A stretch of DNA of 64,000 bases, taken from Solirubrobacteraceae bacterium (GTDB lineage Bacteria; Actinomycetota; Thermoleophilia; Solirubrobacterales; Solirubrobacteraceae). Where the stretch lies: the NCBI GenBank assembly GCA_035713465.1, contig DASSZP010000056.1, forward strand, positions 9,121 to 73,120, read 5' to 3'. This document shows, one piece after another, positions 35,796 to 45,355 of the stretch (position 1 is its first letter; each line of letters starts with the position of its first letter). Under the pieces are notes generated by a model that was given only the letters and a program-made list of their open reading frames with translations, did no database searches and was not told the DNA's origin. The position numbers and the translations under genes were made by a program.

Positions 35796-37718
35796 TCAGC
35801 GCCAGTCGGTCCAGGGTGACTCGGCCGCGGTCTCCTGCTCGTCGGCCCGGATCACGTGCATGACCGCGTTGATCAGCGCCAGGTGGGTGAAGGCCTGGGG
35901 GAAGTTGCCCAGGTGGCGGCCCGTGTGGGGGTCGACCTCCTCGGCGTACAGGCCCAGCGGGCTGGCGTAGCCGAGCAGCCGCTCGCACAGGCTGCGCGCC
36001 CGGTCCAGCTCACCGATCTCGCACAGGGCCGAGACGAGCCAGAAGGAGCAGATCAAGAACGTGCCCTCGCGGCCCTCCAGACCGTCGTCGGTCTCCTCGG
36101 TGCGGTAGCGCAGGACCAGGCCGGCCTCGGTCAGCTCATCGGCCACGGCGAGCACGGTGGCGCGGACGCGGGGATCGTCGGGGGGCAGGAAGCGCATCAG
36201 CGGCAGCAGCAGCAGCGACGCGTCCAGGGCGGTGCCGTCGTAGTGCTGGACGAACACGCCGCGGTCGTCGACGCCGTGCTCGAGCACGTCGGCCTTGATC
36301 TCGTCGGCCACCGCGCGCCACTTCTGCACGCGGTCGTAGTCGTCGCGCAGCTCGGCCAGGCGGGCACCCCGGTCGCACGCCACCCAGCAGAAGACCTTGG
36401 AGGAGGTGAAGTGCTTGGGCTCGCCGCGAACCTCCCAGATCCCGCGGTCGGGCTTGCTCCAGCATTCGATCGCCACCTCGACCTGGCGCACGAGGATCTT
36501 CCACACGCGGTCGTCGAGCGAATCGCGGGAGCGCGTGTGCAGGTAGACCGAGTCCAGCAGCGCGCCCCAGACATCGTGCTGCTCCTGGCGGTAGGCGGCG
36601 TTGCCGGTGCGGACCGGACGGGCGTTCTCGTAGCCCTCCAGGTGGGTGAGCACGTCCTCCTTGAGGTCGCGCTCGCCGCCGATCCCGTACATCACCTGCA
36701 GCTTCTCCTCGCCGGCGGCGACGTCGGCGATGAAGTAGAAGAAGTCGTTGGCCTCCCATTCGAACCCGAGCGACAGCAGCGCCCAGAGCATGAAGGTCGA
36801 GTCGCGGATCCAGCTGTAGCGGTAATCCCAGTTGCGCTCGCCCTGCGGCGTCTCGGGCAGCGAGGTTGTGGCGGCGGCGAGCAGCGCTCCGGTGGGGGCG
36901 TAGGTCAGCCCCTTGAGGGTCAGCGCCGAACGCTGCAGGTAGGTCTGCCACGGGTGATCGGGGAAGCTGCCGCGCTCGAGCCAGTGCTGCCAGTGGTGCG
37001 CGGTCCAGACCAGCCGGTCGTAGGCCTCGTTGATGTCGGCCGGTGGGGCGTGCTCGGACCAGGAGAGCGCGCAGTAGACCTGCTCGCCCTCCTTGAGCAG
37101 ATGGCGGGCGGTGGCGCGCGAGCCCTCGAAGCCGAGCATCAGGTCGGTGGTCAGCTTGAGCTCCACCGAGCCGTCGGCGCTGGTCGTGATCCCCTCGTGG
37201 TACCCGTCTCCGGAGTAGCGCCAGCGGGCGGGGTCGCGCCCGTAGTCGAACTTCGGCTCGCAGTCGAGCAGCAGCTGGACCTCACCGTTGACGCAGCGGA
37301 CCATCCGCAGCAGCACGTGGTCGGCGTCGTAGTCGGTCGGCGCGCGGCGGTGCGTGTGCGAGCGATCGTGGTCGTGGTGCCACTGGCCGATAAGCAGCAC
37401 GTCGCGCACGATGATCCAGCCCGACCCGGTGCCCCAGCTGGTCTCCATGACCATCGTCCCCGGCAAATAGCGCCGGGCCGCGGGAACCGAGACGCCGTCC
37501 GGGGCCAGGCGGAACGTGCCGGCGTCGCGGTCCAGCAGGGCGCCGAACACGCTGGGCGAGTCGACGCGGGGCAGGCAGAGCCATTCGATCGCCCCGTTGG
37601 GGGCCAGCAGCGCGACCGTCTCGCAGTCCGACAGGAACGCGTATTCGGCGATCGGCGGGAACGAGCTGCGCTTGTGCCCGGCGGAGGGCGCCGAGCGCTG
37701 GACCGGTGTGGTTGGCAC
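35796..37718 (-). CDS. Glycoside hydrolase family 15 (trehalase/glucoamylase-like)
   Basis: PIAEYAFLSDC, AATTSLPE, RNWDYRYSWIRD, GIWEVR, LYAEE, GNFPQAFTH. Confidence 0.93.
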   Translation of the reverse strand: MPTTPVQRSAPSAGHKRSSFPPIAEYAFLSDCETVALLAPNGAIEWLCLPRVDSPSVFGALLDRDAGTFRLAPDGVSVPAARRYLPGTMVMETSWGTGSGWIIVRDVLLIGQWHHDHDRSHTHRRAPTDYDADHVLLRMVRCVNGEVQLLLDCEPKFDYGRDPARWRYSGDGYHEGITTSADGSVELKLTTDLMLGFEGSRATARHLLKEGEQVYCALSWSEHAPPADINEAYDRLVWTAHHWQHWLERGSFPDHPWQTYLQRSALTLKGLTYAPTGALLAAATTSLPETPQGERNWDYRYSWIRDSTFMLWALLSLGFEWEANDFFYFIADVAAGEEKLQVMYGIGGERDLKEDVLTHLEGYENARPVRTGNAAYRQEQHDVWGALLDSVYLHTRSRDSLDDRVWKILVRQVEVAIECWSKPDRGIWEVRGEPKHFTSSKVFCWVACDRGARLAELRDDYDRVQKWRAVADEIKADVLEHGVDDRGVFVQHYDGTALDASLLLLPLMRFLPPDDPRVRATVLAVADELTEAGLVLRYRTEETDDGLEGREGTFLICSFWLVSALCEIGELDRARSLCERLLGYASPLGLYAEEVDPHTGRHLGNFPQAFTHLALINAVMHVIRADEQETAAESPWTDWR

Positions 37719-37846
37719 GCCGTCCCGGCTCGGGCGAGGAGGCGGCTTGGAGCTGGAGGCGTCCTCGCGCAAGCGTGCAGTATCGCGCGTGGCGCGGCGT
37801 TGTCCAGCGTGGGGCGCGGCAATGCACCGCCGCGCGGTGCGGGTGA

Positions 37847-38494
37847 TCAGCCTCCGAGACCGCCGAGGATGGCGAACTGGCGCCACGGTCGGTCCTCATA
37901 GACCGCCCGGAGATTGCCCTCCACGGTGACCTGCGCCCCCGCCGGAGCCTCGCTGCGCAGCCGCTCGGCCAGCGCGGCGGCGCTGTCCTCATCGGCGGCG
38001 CCGGCCAGCACCGCGCTCCAGCGGTGCACGACCGTGATGCCCTGCTCGCGCAGGCGCTCGGCCAGCTCGCCGGCCTCGCCGCGCGATCCGCACTGGATCC
38101 GGACCTCCCAATCGGGGAAGCCCTGCTCGGCGGAGTCCGCCCGCTCCTGGGCGACCCGCTCGGCGTGCTCGGCGGCCTGCGCCGCGTCGGTGTCGGGCAG
38201 GGGCACGTCTGGGTCCTCCCAGCGTTCCGCCGTGGGGTGCCAGTGGCGCAGCTGGACCTCGGCGCTCCAGCCGTGCTCGGCCGCGAGCTGATCGACGATC
38301 GCCGCCGCCGCCTCGGCCTGCTCGCGGGTGCCGGCGTAGCAGAACACGTCGCCCTCGTCGGCCGACACGATCACGCGGTCGTGCAGGGTGTGCTTGACGT
38401 CGTCGGCCAGCGCGTGCTCGCGCAGCAGATCGGTGAGCATTCCGGCGTCACCGGGATCTCCGAGCACGATGCGCAGGCGCCAGTCGTCGTTCAT
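37847..38494 (-). CDS. Hypothetical protein
   Basis: ATG 38494; GC3-biased frame with protein-like sequence (FCYAGTREQAEAA, WHPTAERWEDPD). Confidence 0.7.
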   Translation of the reverse strand: MNDDWRLRIVLGDPGDAGMLTDLLREHALADDVKHTLHDRVIVSADEGDVFCYAGTREQAEAAAAIVDQLAAEHGWSAEVQLRHWHPTAERWEDPDVPLPDTDAAQAAEHAERVAQERADSAEQGFPDWEVRIQCGSRGEAGELAERLREQGITVVHRWSAVLAGAADEDSAAALAERLRSEAPAGAQVTVEGNLRAVYEDRPWRQFAILGGLGG

Positions 38495-38537
38495 GGCCAG
38501 GACTCTAATGGTGCGAGGCCCTGAGTGGGGGCTGACC

Positions 38538-39998
38538 ATGGACCGTAGACTGCGGCCCGTGGTGCGCTCGCTGCTCGCAGCCGTGCTGGCCGGGCTGATC
38601 GCCGTCGGCGCCACGGCCGGAATGACCGCCGCCGCGAGAACCCAGGTGACGGCCGGCGCGAGAACCCGGGTGACCGCCGCCGCGAGAACCCAGGTGGCGG
38701 CCGGCGCGAGAACCCGGGTGACGGCCGGCGCCATCACCCGCCGGCCGGCTGGGGTGACGGCGGCGCGTCCGGGCCGGATCGGCGAGGCCGGGCTGGGCCC
38801 CGGCCAGCGTGTCTACGTGTTCGGGCTGACCACCGGGCCCGACGGGGCGATCTGGTTCGCCGATCTGGGTTGCGCCGGGCTGGGCCGTTGCGGGATCGGG
38901 CGGATCGCAGCCGGCGGCTACGCGCTCTACACGCGCGGGCTGAACCGTGGCAGCGTCCCCTTCCAGATCGCCCTCGGCCCCGACGGCAACCTGTGGTTCA
39001 CCGATGAGGGCGCCCGGCCCGCGATCGGCCGCATCTCCGTCGCGGGGAGGATCACCGAGTACTCGCGTGGCCTGCCCCGCGGCAGCAATCCGTTCGCGAT
39101 CACCCGCGGTCCGGGCCGGGCGATGTGGTTCACCGTCCAGGGCCGCCACCCGGCGATCGGGCACATCGACATGCGCGGGCGGATCACCCTGCGGCACCGC
39201 GGGCTGGCCCGCAGGGCGACGCCCTTCGGGATCGCCGCGCTGCCGAGCGGGATCTGGTTCACCGACCAGGGCTGCGCCACCGGCGGAGGCTGCCGGATCG
39301 GCCGCGTGACGCCCGCGGGGGCGATCCACGAGTCGCAGGCGGGCCTGCGCGCCGGTGCGCATCCGCTGGCCATCGCGGCGGGCTTCGGCGGGACGGCGTG
39401 GTTCGCCGACGACTCCGGGGCGATCGGCGAGGTGCGCGCCGACGGGACGGTGCGCGAGCACGCGCTGGCCGCGGGCAGCGCGCCGGTGGGAATCGCCCCC
39501 GGCCCCGACGGGGCGATCTGGTTCACCGACGAGGGCGCCTCGCCTCACCTGGGTCGGGTCGATCCCTCGGGCGCGGTGCGGACCTACGCGGACGGCCTGG
39601 AGCCCGGCAGCCTGCCGGCGGCGATCGCCCCCGGAGCGGACGGGAGCCTGTGGTTCACCGATGAGGGGACGACCGCGGCGATCGGCCGGGTCACGACCGC
39701 AGCTCCCGCGCCCGTGCGCCACCCCCCGGGGCTGAGCGGCAGGATGCGGGTCGGCTCGACGCTCGCCTGCCGCGCCCCGGTCATGGGCGCGTGGGCAGGG
39801 CTGCTCCCCGGGACGCCGTTTCCCTATGACGGGATCCGCTGGCTGCGCGACGGCAAGGTCGTGGCCCGCGGCGCCGGGTACCGGGTGCGCGGGCGCGACG
39901 CCGGGCACCGGCTCGGCTGCCGGGACACGCTCACCTACCCGCCGCCGCTCGGCGTCACGGCGGTGATCGGCTCGCGCACCGCGCGGGCCGGCCGCTGA
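38538..39998 (+). CDS. Secreted virginiamycin B lyase (Vgb)-like beta-propeller protein with C-terminal Ig-like domain
   Basis: Signal peptide; about 7 GPDG(A/N)(I/L)WFTD...IGR repeats; C-terminal RVGSTLAC...WLRDG...DAGHRLGC. Confidence 0.8.
   Translation: MDRRLRPVVRSLLAAVLAGLIAVGATAGMTAAARTQVTAGARTRVTAAARTQVAAGARTRVTAGAITRRPAGVTAARPGRIGEAGLGPGQRVYVFGLTTGPDGAIWFADLGCAGLGRCGIGRIAAGGYALYTRGLNRGSVPFQIALGPDGNLWFTDEGARPAIGRISVAGRITEYSRGLPRGSNPFAITRGPGRAMWFTVQGRHPAIGHIDMRGRITLRHRGLARRATPFGIAALPSGIWFTDQGCATGGGCRIGRVTPAGAIHESQAGLRAGAHPLAIAAGFGGTAWFADDSGAIGEVRADGTVREHALAAGSAPVGIAPGPDGAIWFTDEGASPHLGRVDPSGAVRTYADGLEPGSLPAAIAPGADGSLWFTDEGTTAAIGRVTTAAPAPVRHPPGLSGRMRVGSTLACRAPVMGAWAGLLPGTPFPYDGIRWLRDGKVVARGAGYRVRGRDAGHRLGCRDTLTYPPPLGVTAVIGSRTARAGR
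38623..38731. repeat. 24-bp tandem repeat with alternating variants (48-bp higher-order unit), about 4.5 copies, in frame
   Basis: Encodes TAAARTQV/TAGARTRV repeats after the signal peptide. Confidence 0.9.
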
Positions 39999-40117
39999 CC
40001 CTCGCGTTCCCGCGGGCGGCTGACCTCGCCTTCAGGACCGGCCGCTGAGCTCGCGGTGAGGGCCTTTGTCTGGGCTCGCGGTGAGGGCCAGCCGGCGGGG
40101 GTTGCCATGATGAACGG

Positions 40118-42022
40118 ATGAGCACAGGGCACGGAGGCATGCCGGCATCCCACGGAGGGCCGGCCACGGGGCGCAGCTCGCGCATCGGCGGGACCGACCG
40201 CAAGCCGCCTCCGCTGATGGATCCCACGCGCCAGCGCGACCGTCACCGGATCCTGGCCCTGTTTCACGACTACCGCGGCCGGCTGACCCTGGTGCTGGCC
40301 ATGATCGTGCTCAGCGCCGGGCTGAGCATGCTCTCGCCCTTCCTGCTGCGCCAGGTGCTGGACAAGGGCATCTTCCGCCACGAGACGACGCTGCTCACCG
40401 AGCTGGTGATCGCGATGATCGCCATCTCGGCCGCCACCGCCGCGTTCAGCGTCTGGCAGACCTACCTGTCCAACTCGATCGGGCAGCGGGTCATGCACGA
40501 CCTGCGCGCGGCCGTCTACCGGCATCTGCAGCGGATGTCGCTGGCCTTCTTCACGCGGACGCGCACCGGTGAGGTTCAGTCGCGGATCGCCAACGACATC
40601 GGCGGCCTGGAGAGCGTGGTGACCACCACGGCGACGACGATCGCTCAGAACGCGACCACGGTGATCGCGTCGCTGGTGGCGATGGTGATCCTCGACTGGC
40701 GGCTGGCCGCGCTTTCGGTCATCTTCGTCCCGCTGTTCGTGTGGCTGACGCGGCGGGTGGGCAAGATGCGCCGGCGCATCACCACCGAGCAGCAGCGGCG
40801 CCTGGCCGACATGTCGGCGCTCGTCGCCGAGTCCCTGTCGGTGTCGGGGATCATGCTGGGCAAGACGATGGGCCGGGGCGAGGACCTCGCCACCCGCTTC
40901 ACCGGCGAGTCGCGCGAGATCGCCGACCTCGAGGTCCGCTCGCGTATGGCCGGACGGTGGGTGATGTCGACGATCCAGTTCACCTTCGCCGTCCAGCCGG
41001 CGATCGTCTACTGGCTGGCCGGCCAGAGCTTCCTCGGCCACTCGATCACCGTTGGCACGGTCGTGGCCTTCACGACGCTGCAGACCCGCCTGCTGTTCCC
41101 GATCCAGTCGCTGCTCAACGTGGGCACCGACATCGAGTCCTCGCTGGCCCTGTTCGATCGCATCTTCGAGTACCTCGACCTGCCCGTCGACATCCTCGAG
41201 GCTCCGGACCCGGTGACCCTGCGCCCGGGTGAGGTCCTGGGCGAGGTCCGACTGGAGGGCGTGTCGTTTCGCTACGGCGCGACGCCCGGCGTCGACGAGG
41301 ATCTCGCCTGGACGCTTGAGGGCATCGACCTGGAGATCCCGGCCGGCACGACGACGGCGATCGTCGGCGAGACGGGGTCGGGCAAGACGACGCTCGGTTA
41401 CCTGGTCGCCCGGCTCTATGAGCCCCAGGAGGGGCGGGTGACGATCGACGGGATCGACGTGCGCGACGTCTCGCTGCCGTCGCTGGCGGCCACCGTCGGG
41501 GTCGTCTCGCAGGAGACGTACCTGTTTCACGCCAGCGTGCGCGAGAACCTGCGCTTCGCCCGGCCGCAGGCCAGCGACACCGAGATCGAGGACGCCGCCC
41601 GCACCGCGCGCGTCCACGACCTGATCGCCTCGCTGCCCGAGGGCTACGACACCGTGGTGGGGGAGCGCGGCTACCGCTTCTCCGGCGGGGAGAAGCAGCG
41701 CATGGCCATCGCCCGCACGGTGCTGCGCAACCCCCCGGTGCTCGTGCTCGACGAGGCGACCAGCTCGCTGGACACCCAGACCGAGTTCGCCGTGCAGCGT
41801 GAGCTCGAGCGGCTCGCCGAGGGGCGCACGACGATCACCATCGCCCACCGCCTCTCGACGGTCCGCGACGCGGACCAGATCGTCGTCCTGGACCGCGGGC
41901 GGATCGTCGAACGGGGGACCCACGACGAGCTGCTCGAGCGCGGCGGCGCCTACGCGGCGCTGGTCGCGCGGGATCTCACCGAGCAGCCCGTCGAGGGACC
42001 GATCACCGGCCCTACGGCATGA
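40118..42022 (+). CDS. ABC exporter, fused permease/ATPase (MdlB/MsbA-like)
   Basis: TM domain; Walker A GETGSGKT; FSGGEKQR; LVLDEATS; IAHRLST. Confidence 0.95.
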   Translation: MSTGHGGMPASHGGPATGRSSRIGGTDRKPPPLMDPTRQRDRHRILALFHDYRGRLTLVLAMIVLSAGLSMLSPFLLRQVLDKGIFRHETTLLTELVIAMIAISAATAAFSVWQTYLSNSIGQRVMHDLRAAVYRHLQRMSLAFFTRTRTGEVQSRIANDIGGLESVVTTTATTIAQNATTVIASLVAMVILDWRLAALSVIFVPLFVWLTRRVGKMRRRITTEQQRRLADMSALVAESLSVSGIMLGKTMGRGEDLATRFTGESREIADLEVRSRMAGRWVMSTIQFTFAVQPAIVYWLAGQSFLGHSITVGTVVAFTTLQTRLLFPIQSLLNVGTDIESSLALFDRIFEYLDLPVDILEAPDPVTLRPGEVLGEVRLEGVSFRYGATPGVDEDLAWTLEGIDLEIPAGTTTAIVGETGSGKTTLGYLVARLYEPQEGRVTIDGIDVRDVSLPSLAATVGVVSQETYLFHASVRENLRFARPQASDTEIEDAARTARVHDLIASLPEGYDTVVGERGYRFSGGEKQRMAIARTVLRNPPVLVLDEATSSLDTQTEFAVQRELERLAEGRTTITIAHRLSTVRDADQIVVLDRGRIVERGTHDELLERGGAYAALVARDLTEQPVEGPITGPTA

Positions 42023-43106
42023 ACAGCAGGCCCTTGACCGCCTTCAGCCCGGTGATGAACGGGTCGAGCTCACCCGAGCCGTCGTTGAGGCTGGCGATCG
42101 TCGAGCCCGCGGATGCGCTGCCGATCGAGTCCATCGAGGCGAGCGCGTCCCCGGCCGCGAACGGCCCCGTGACCTTGTAGATCGTGTTCGCGCCGCTGTC
42201 GACGGCGTACAGGGTCGTGTGGTCCGAGGGCGCCCAGCGGACGTCGTCGACGCCGGCCTTGACGCCGGTCGGGCCCCAGCTCAGCCCCAGGCGCATCAGG
42301 CCGTGGCCGGAGAAGATGAGCTCGTCCCCGGCCTGGTCGTTGAGCACGTAGTCACCGGCGTACGCGTCGCCGCTGGAGATCGGCACCAAGGCGTTGGAGT
42401 CCGGGTCGGTCAGGTGCAGCGTGACCTTGTTCCCGCTGACCGCATCGGTCGCGGTCCCGCGGTCGGAGAACGTCTTGGCCAGCAGGGCGACGTTCGTCCT
42501 GACCTTCTTGCCGGCGCCGGCGGGCTTGACCTTCCGGGCCCCCAGGGTGACCACGAAGGTCGCGGTGCGCCCCGAGCGCGTCGGTGCCGAGGCCGAGACG
42601 AGGATCTTGCCGCCGACGACGGTGATGCTGTCCAGGCCGCCGCCGGTGAGCAGCGCCCCCGAGCCCTTGGCGTCGGGAGCGGGGTAGGGGATGTACTGGG
42701 TGATCTGCTTCTTCTTGGCCACGGTGGGCTTGACCACGTAGACGAGCGCGTTGCCGTCCTCGTTGGCGGTGGCGATCAGGCGGTGGCCGTCACCGGCGAT
42801 CCCGTCGACGTGGCCCTGCAGCGACCAGTGCGCCACCGCCCTGCCGGTGTGGCTGTACTTGACCACGGTGCTGAACAGGTTGTGGTGTGGCCCGGCCTGG
42901 CCCTTGGGCCCGATGCCGTTCTGCCACGCGACGTAGACGTTGCCGTCCACGGAGGTGATGTCGTCCGGGCCGAAGACCGAATGGGAGGGAGCGCTCGCGA
43001 ACGGAGAGATCGTGAACGCCGACGGGGCCACGGGAGCCGCGTGGGCGGAGGCGGTGATGCCGAGCAGCATGACCGCGGAGAGAAGGAACGGCTGGGGCAG
43101 TTTCAT
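42012..43106 (-). CDS. Secreted hypothetical protein, beta-rich
   Basis: Signal peptide (MKLPQPFLLSAVMLLGITASAHA); GPDDIT, LTDPDSN, GVDD motifs. Confidence 0.7.
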   Translation of the reverse strand: MKLPQPFLLSAVMLLGITASAHAAPVAPSAFTISPFASAPSHSVFGPDDITSVDGNVYVAWQNGIGPKGQAGPHHNLFSTVVKYSHTGRAVAHWSLQGHVDGIAGDGHRLIATANEDGNALVYVVKPTVAKKKQITQYIPYPAPDAKGSGALLTGGGLDSITVVGGKILVSASAPTRSGRTATFVVTLGARKVKPAGAGKKVRTNVALLAKTFSDRGTATDAVSGNKVTLHLTDPDSNALVPISSGDAYAGDYVLNDQAGDELIFSGHGLMRLGLSWGPTGVKAGVDDVRWAPSDHTTLYAVDSGANTIYKVTGPFAAGDALASMDSIGSASAGSTIASLNDGSGELDPFITGLKAVKGLLFMP

Positions 43107-43193
43107 GCGCGGGCACGGTAAGGACCCGGCGCGGCTGCGATGTGACCGGAGTGTGATCGTCCCGTGACCAGAATGTGCCTGCGGGGGCGCGGG

Positions 43194-44639
43194 TCAGCGG
43201 CGGCGCAGCAGCGGCCGCGATCGCCGGCCCTCCCGCCGCGGCCAGGTGACCGGCCGGGGACGACGCAGGTGGCCGGGTTCGGCCGGTTGCTCGCCGGCGG
43301 GTGGGGGCGGGCCGACGGCCTGCGCGGCGGTCACCGCCGCACAGGCGCGATGCCGGCGCACGAGGACCAATGTGACGAGCATCAGCCCGGCCAGGACGAG
43401 GAAGGGAACGACGTCACCGCCGGCGCTGGAGAGCAGCGCGCCTCCGGGGGCGCCGACCGTCTCGCCGATCGCGTAGGCGAGGTTGACCAGCGTGGTCGCG
43501 ACGACGACGCTGATCCCGATCCGCTCGGCCGACGCGGTCATCATCGGAACGGCCGGGATCATGAAGGCCGACAACGGGCCGCTCATCACGATCACGGTCA
43601 GCGCGGCCAGCAACGGCCACACCGCGGGCACGGGCAAAAGCGCGAACAGCAGCGCACCGGCGATCAGCCCGACGCTCATCGGCCGGGACGGGCCGTGACG
43701 ATCGCTGGCCCGGCCGACCACGGGAGCGACGAGCGTGGCCACCGCTGAGGCGAGCAGGAAGACGGCGCCGATGATCACGCTGGAGGCGCCCTGGGCCGAC
43801 AGGCGCAGCGGCAGCAGCGCGCTGATGGCCCCGGTGCTCATCGCGTCAAAGCAGACCAGCCAGGCGCCGAGCCACAGGCCCCCCGACGCCGTCAGCCGGC
43901 GCGAGACCGGGCGCCCGCGCGGCGCGGTCGCGGGCTCGGCTGAGGGGTCGGGGACCATCGCCGCGGCGGACGGGGACGGCTCGGTGAGGGCCCCGGCGGA
44001 CGGGGCCGGCTCGGGGGAGGCAGGGGAGGGGGAGCAGTGCCGCGCCACCCAGGCCGCGAGCACGAGCGCGGCGACGCCGACCGCGCTGAACACGGGACCG
44101 GTCCCCAGCGACACGGCGCCGACGCCGAGCAGCGGGCCGGCCAGCGTGCCCAGGATGGCCGCGCCGATCACCGAGCCGATGATCGCGCCGCGGCGCTCGC
44201 GCGGCGCCACGGCGATCGCCCAGGCCAGACCACCGCCCCAGATCAGGCCGCTGGCCGCGCCCTGGGCGATGCGCAGGAGGTCCAGGAGGACGAGGTCGTT
44301 GGTGAAGCCGAAGGCGGCGGCGGTGACCGCGAAGGCGATCAGGCCGCTGATCGTCGTCCGGCGCACGCCGGCCCGGGACGCCGCCCAGCCGCCGATCAGC
44401 GAGCCCGGGATGATCCCGATCGCGTAGGCGGCGGCGAGCAGGCCGACGGCGGGCTTGCCCGCGTGCAGAGTGTGCGCGTAGTGGGGCAGGACCGGGGTGA
44501 CCGCCGCGTACAGGGAGGACTCGAACCCGAGCAGCACGCGGAGCATCGGCAGCGTGGCCGCGAGCTCGCCGCCGTCACGGCCCCGCGGGCGCAGGGCGGC
44601 CCGCACGTCGAGCCGGGCCATCAGGTCGCCGCGGCTCAT
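43194..44639 (-). CDS. MFS transporter
   Basis: About 12 TM segments; RAGVRR and GRASDRHG loop motifs; ATGA overlap with tetR. Confidence 0.85.
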   Translation of the reverse strand: MSRGDLMARLDVRAALRPRGRDGGELAATLPMLRVLLGFESSLYAAVTPVLPHYAHTLHAGKPAVGLLAAAYAIGIIPGSLIGGWAASRAGVRRTTISGLIAFAVTAAAFGFTNDLVLLDLLRIAQGAASGLIWGGGLAWAIAVAPRERRGAIIGSVIGAAILGTLAGPLLGVGAVSLGTGPVFSAVGVAALVLAAWVARHCSPSPASPEPAPSAGALTEPSPSAAAMVPDPSAEPATAPRGRPVSRRLTASGGLWLGAWLVCFDAMSTGAISALLPLRLSAQGASSVIIGAVFLLASAVATLVAPVVGRASDRHGPSRPMSVGLIAGALLFALLPVPAVWPLLAALTVIVMSGPLSAFMIPAVPMMTASAERIGISVVVATTLVNLAYAIGETVGAPGGALLSSAGGDVVPFLVLAGLMLVTLVLVRRHRACAAVTAAQAVGPPPPAGEQPAEPGHLRRPRPVTWPRREGRRSRPLLRRR

Positions 44640-45244
44640 GGCGAGGCGTCCAGCAGCGCCCGGGCGAGCCGGCGCAGGCGCGAGGTGAGGTCGGCGCTGG
44701 AGCCCGAGGCCAGCTGCTCGAGCAGCAGCCCGTCGCAGGCCGCCGAGAGCAGCTGGGCGTCGGCTCGGGCTTGGCGCGAGCCGGCGGCCTGCAGCAGCGT
44801 GGCCAGGGCATCCATGTAGGCCGCGCTCCAGCGGCCGGCGACGTCACGCAGGGTCGGCCGGCGGGCGGCCTCCAGCAGCAGCGAGTAGGCGGCCAGCAGC
44901 GGGCCACGGCTGTGCGGCGCCTCGGTCGCCGTCGGCTCCAGCAGCACCCGCAGCGCCACCGCGATGGCGTCGTCACCGGGCCGGTAGCCGTCGATCAGCT
45001 CGCCGATCCGGGCGATGTCGCGCGCGGCGGCCAGCTCGACGGCCGCGGTGAGCAGCTCGTCCTTGGAGGCGAACCAATACGTCGTCGAGGCCAGGGGCAG
45101 CCCGGCCGTCTCGGCCACGCGGCGGTGGGTGACCGCATCGGGCCCGACCTCGGCCACGAGCACGAGCGCGGCCTCGAGCAGCGCCTCGCGTCGGGCGGCG
45201 CCGCGCGGGCGCTCGCGGTTCTTTCCGGTGACGACGGCAGCCAT
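44636..45244 (-). CDS. TetR-family regulator
   Basis: VTHRRVAETAGLPLASTTYWFASKDELL HTH. Confidence 0.92.
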   Translation of the reverse strand: MAAVVTGKNRERPRGAARREALLEAALVLVAEVGPDAVTHRRVAETAGLPLASTTYWFASKDELLTAAVELAAARDIARIGELIDGYRPGDDAIAVALRVLLEPTATEAPHSRGPLLAAYSLLLEAARRPTLRDVAGRWSAAYMDALATLLQAAGSRQARADAQLLSAACDGLLLEQLASGSSADLTSRLRRLARALLDASP

Positions 45245-45245
45245 G

Positions 45246-45288
45246 AGTGGTACGAGCGTACCAAATTAATCGGTACGCTCGTACCACT
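45246..45288. promoter_or_regulatory. Double operator: 17-bp perfect inverted repeat around an AT-rich 9-bp core
   Basis: AGTGGTACGAGCGTACC-aaattaatc-GGTACGCTCGTACCACT; each arm is itself a near-palindrome (GGTACG-N2-CGTACC). Confidence 0.85.
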
Positions 45289-45355
45289 TGCTGTCCGGGG
45301 GTGCTGCCGGCGGCGCCCGGACTGACCGGTGGCTACCGGCTCGCCGCCGGCCGAC

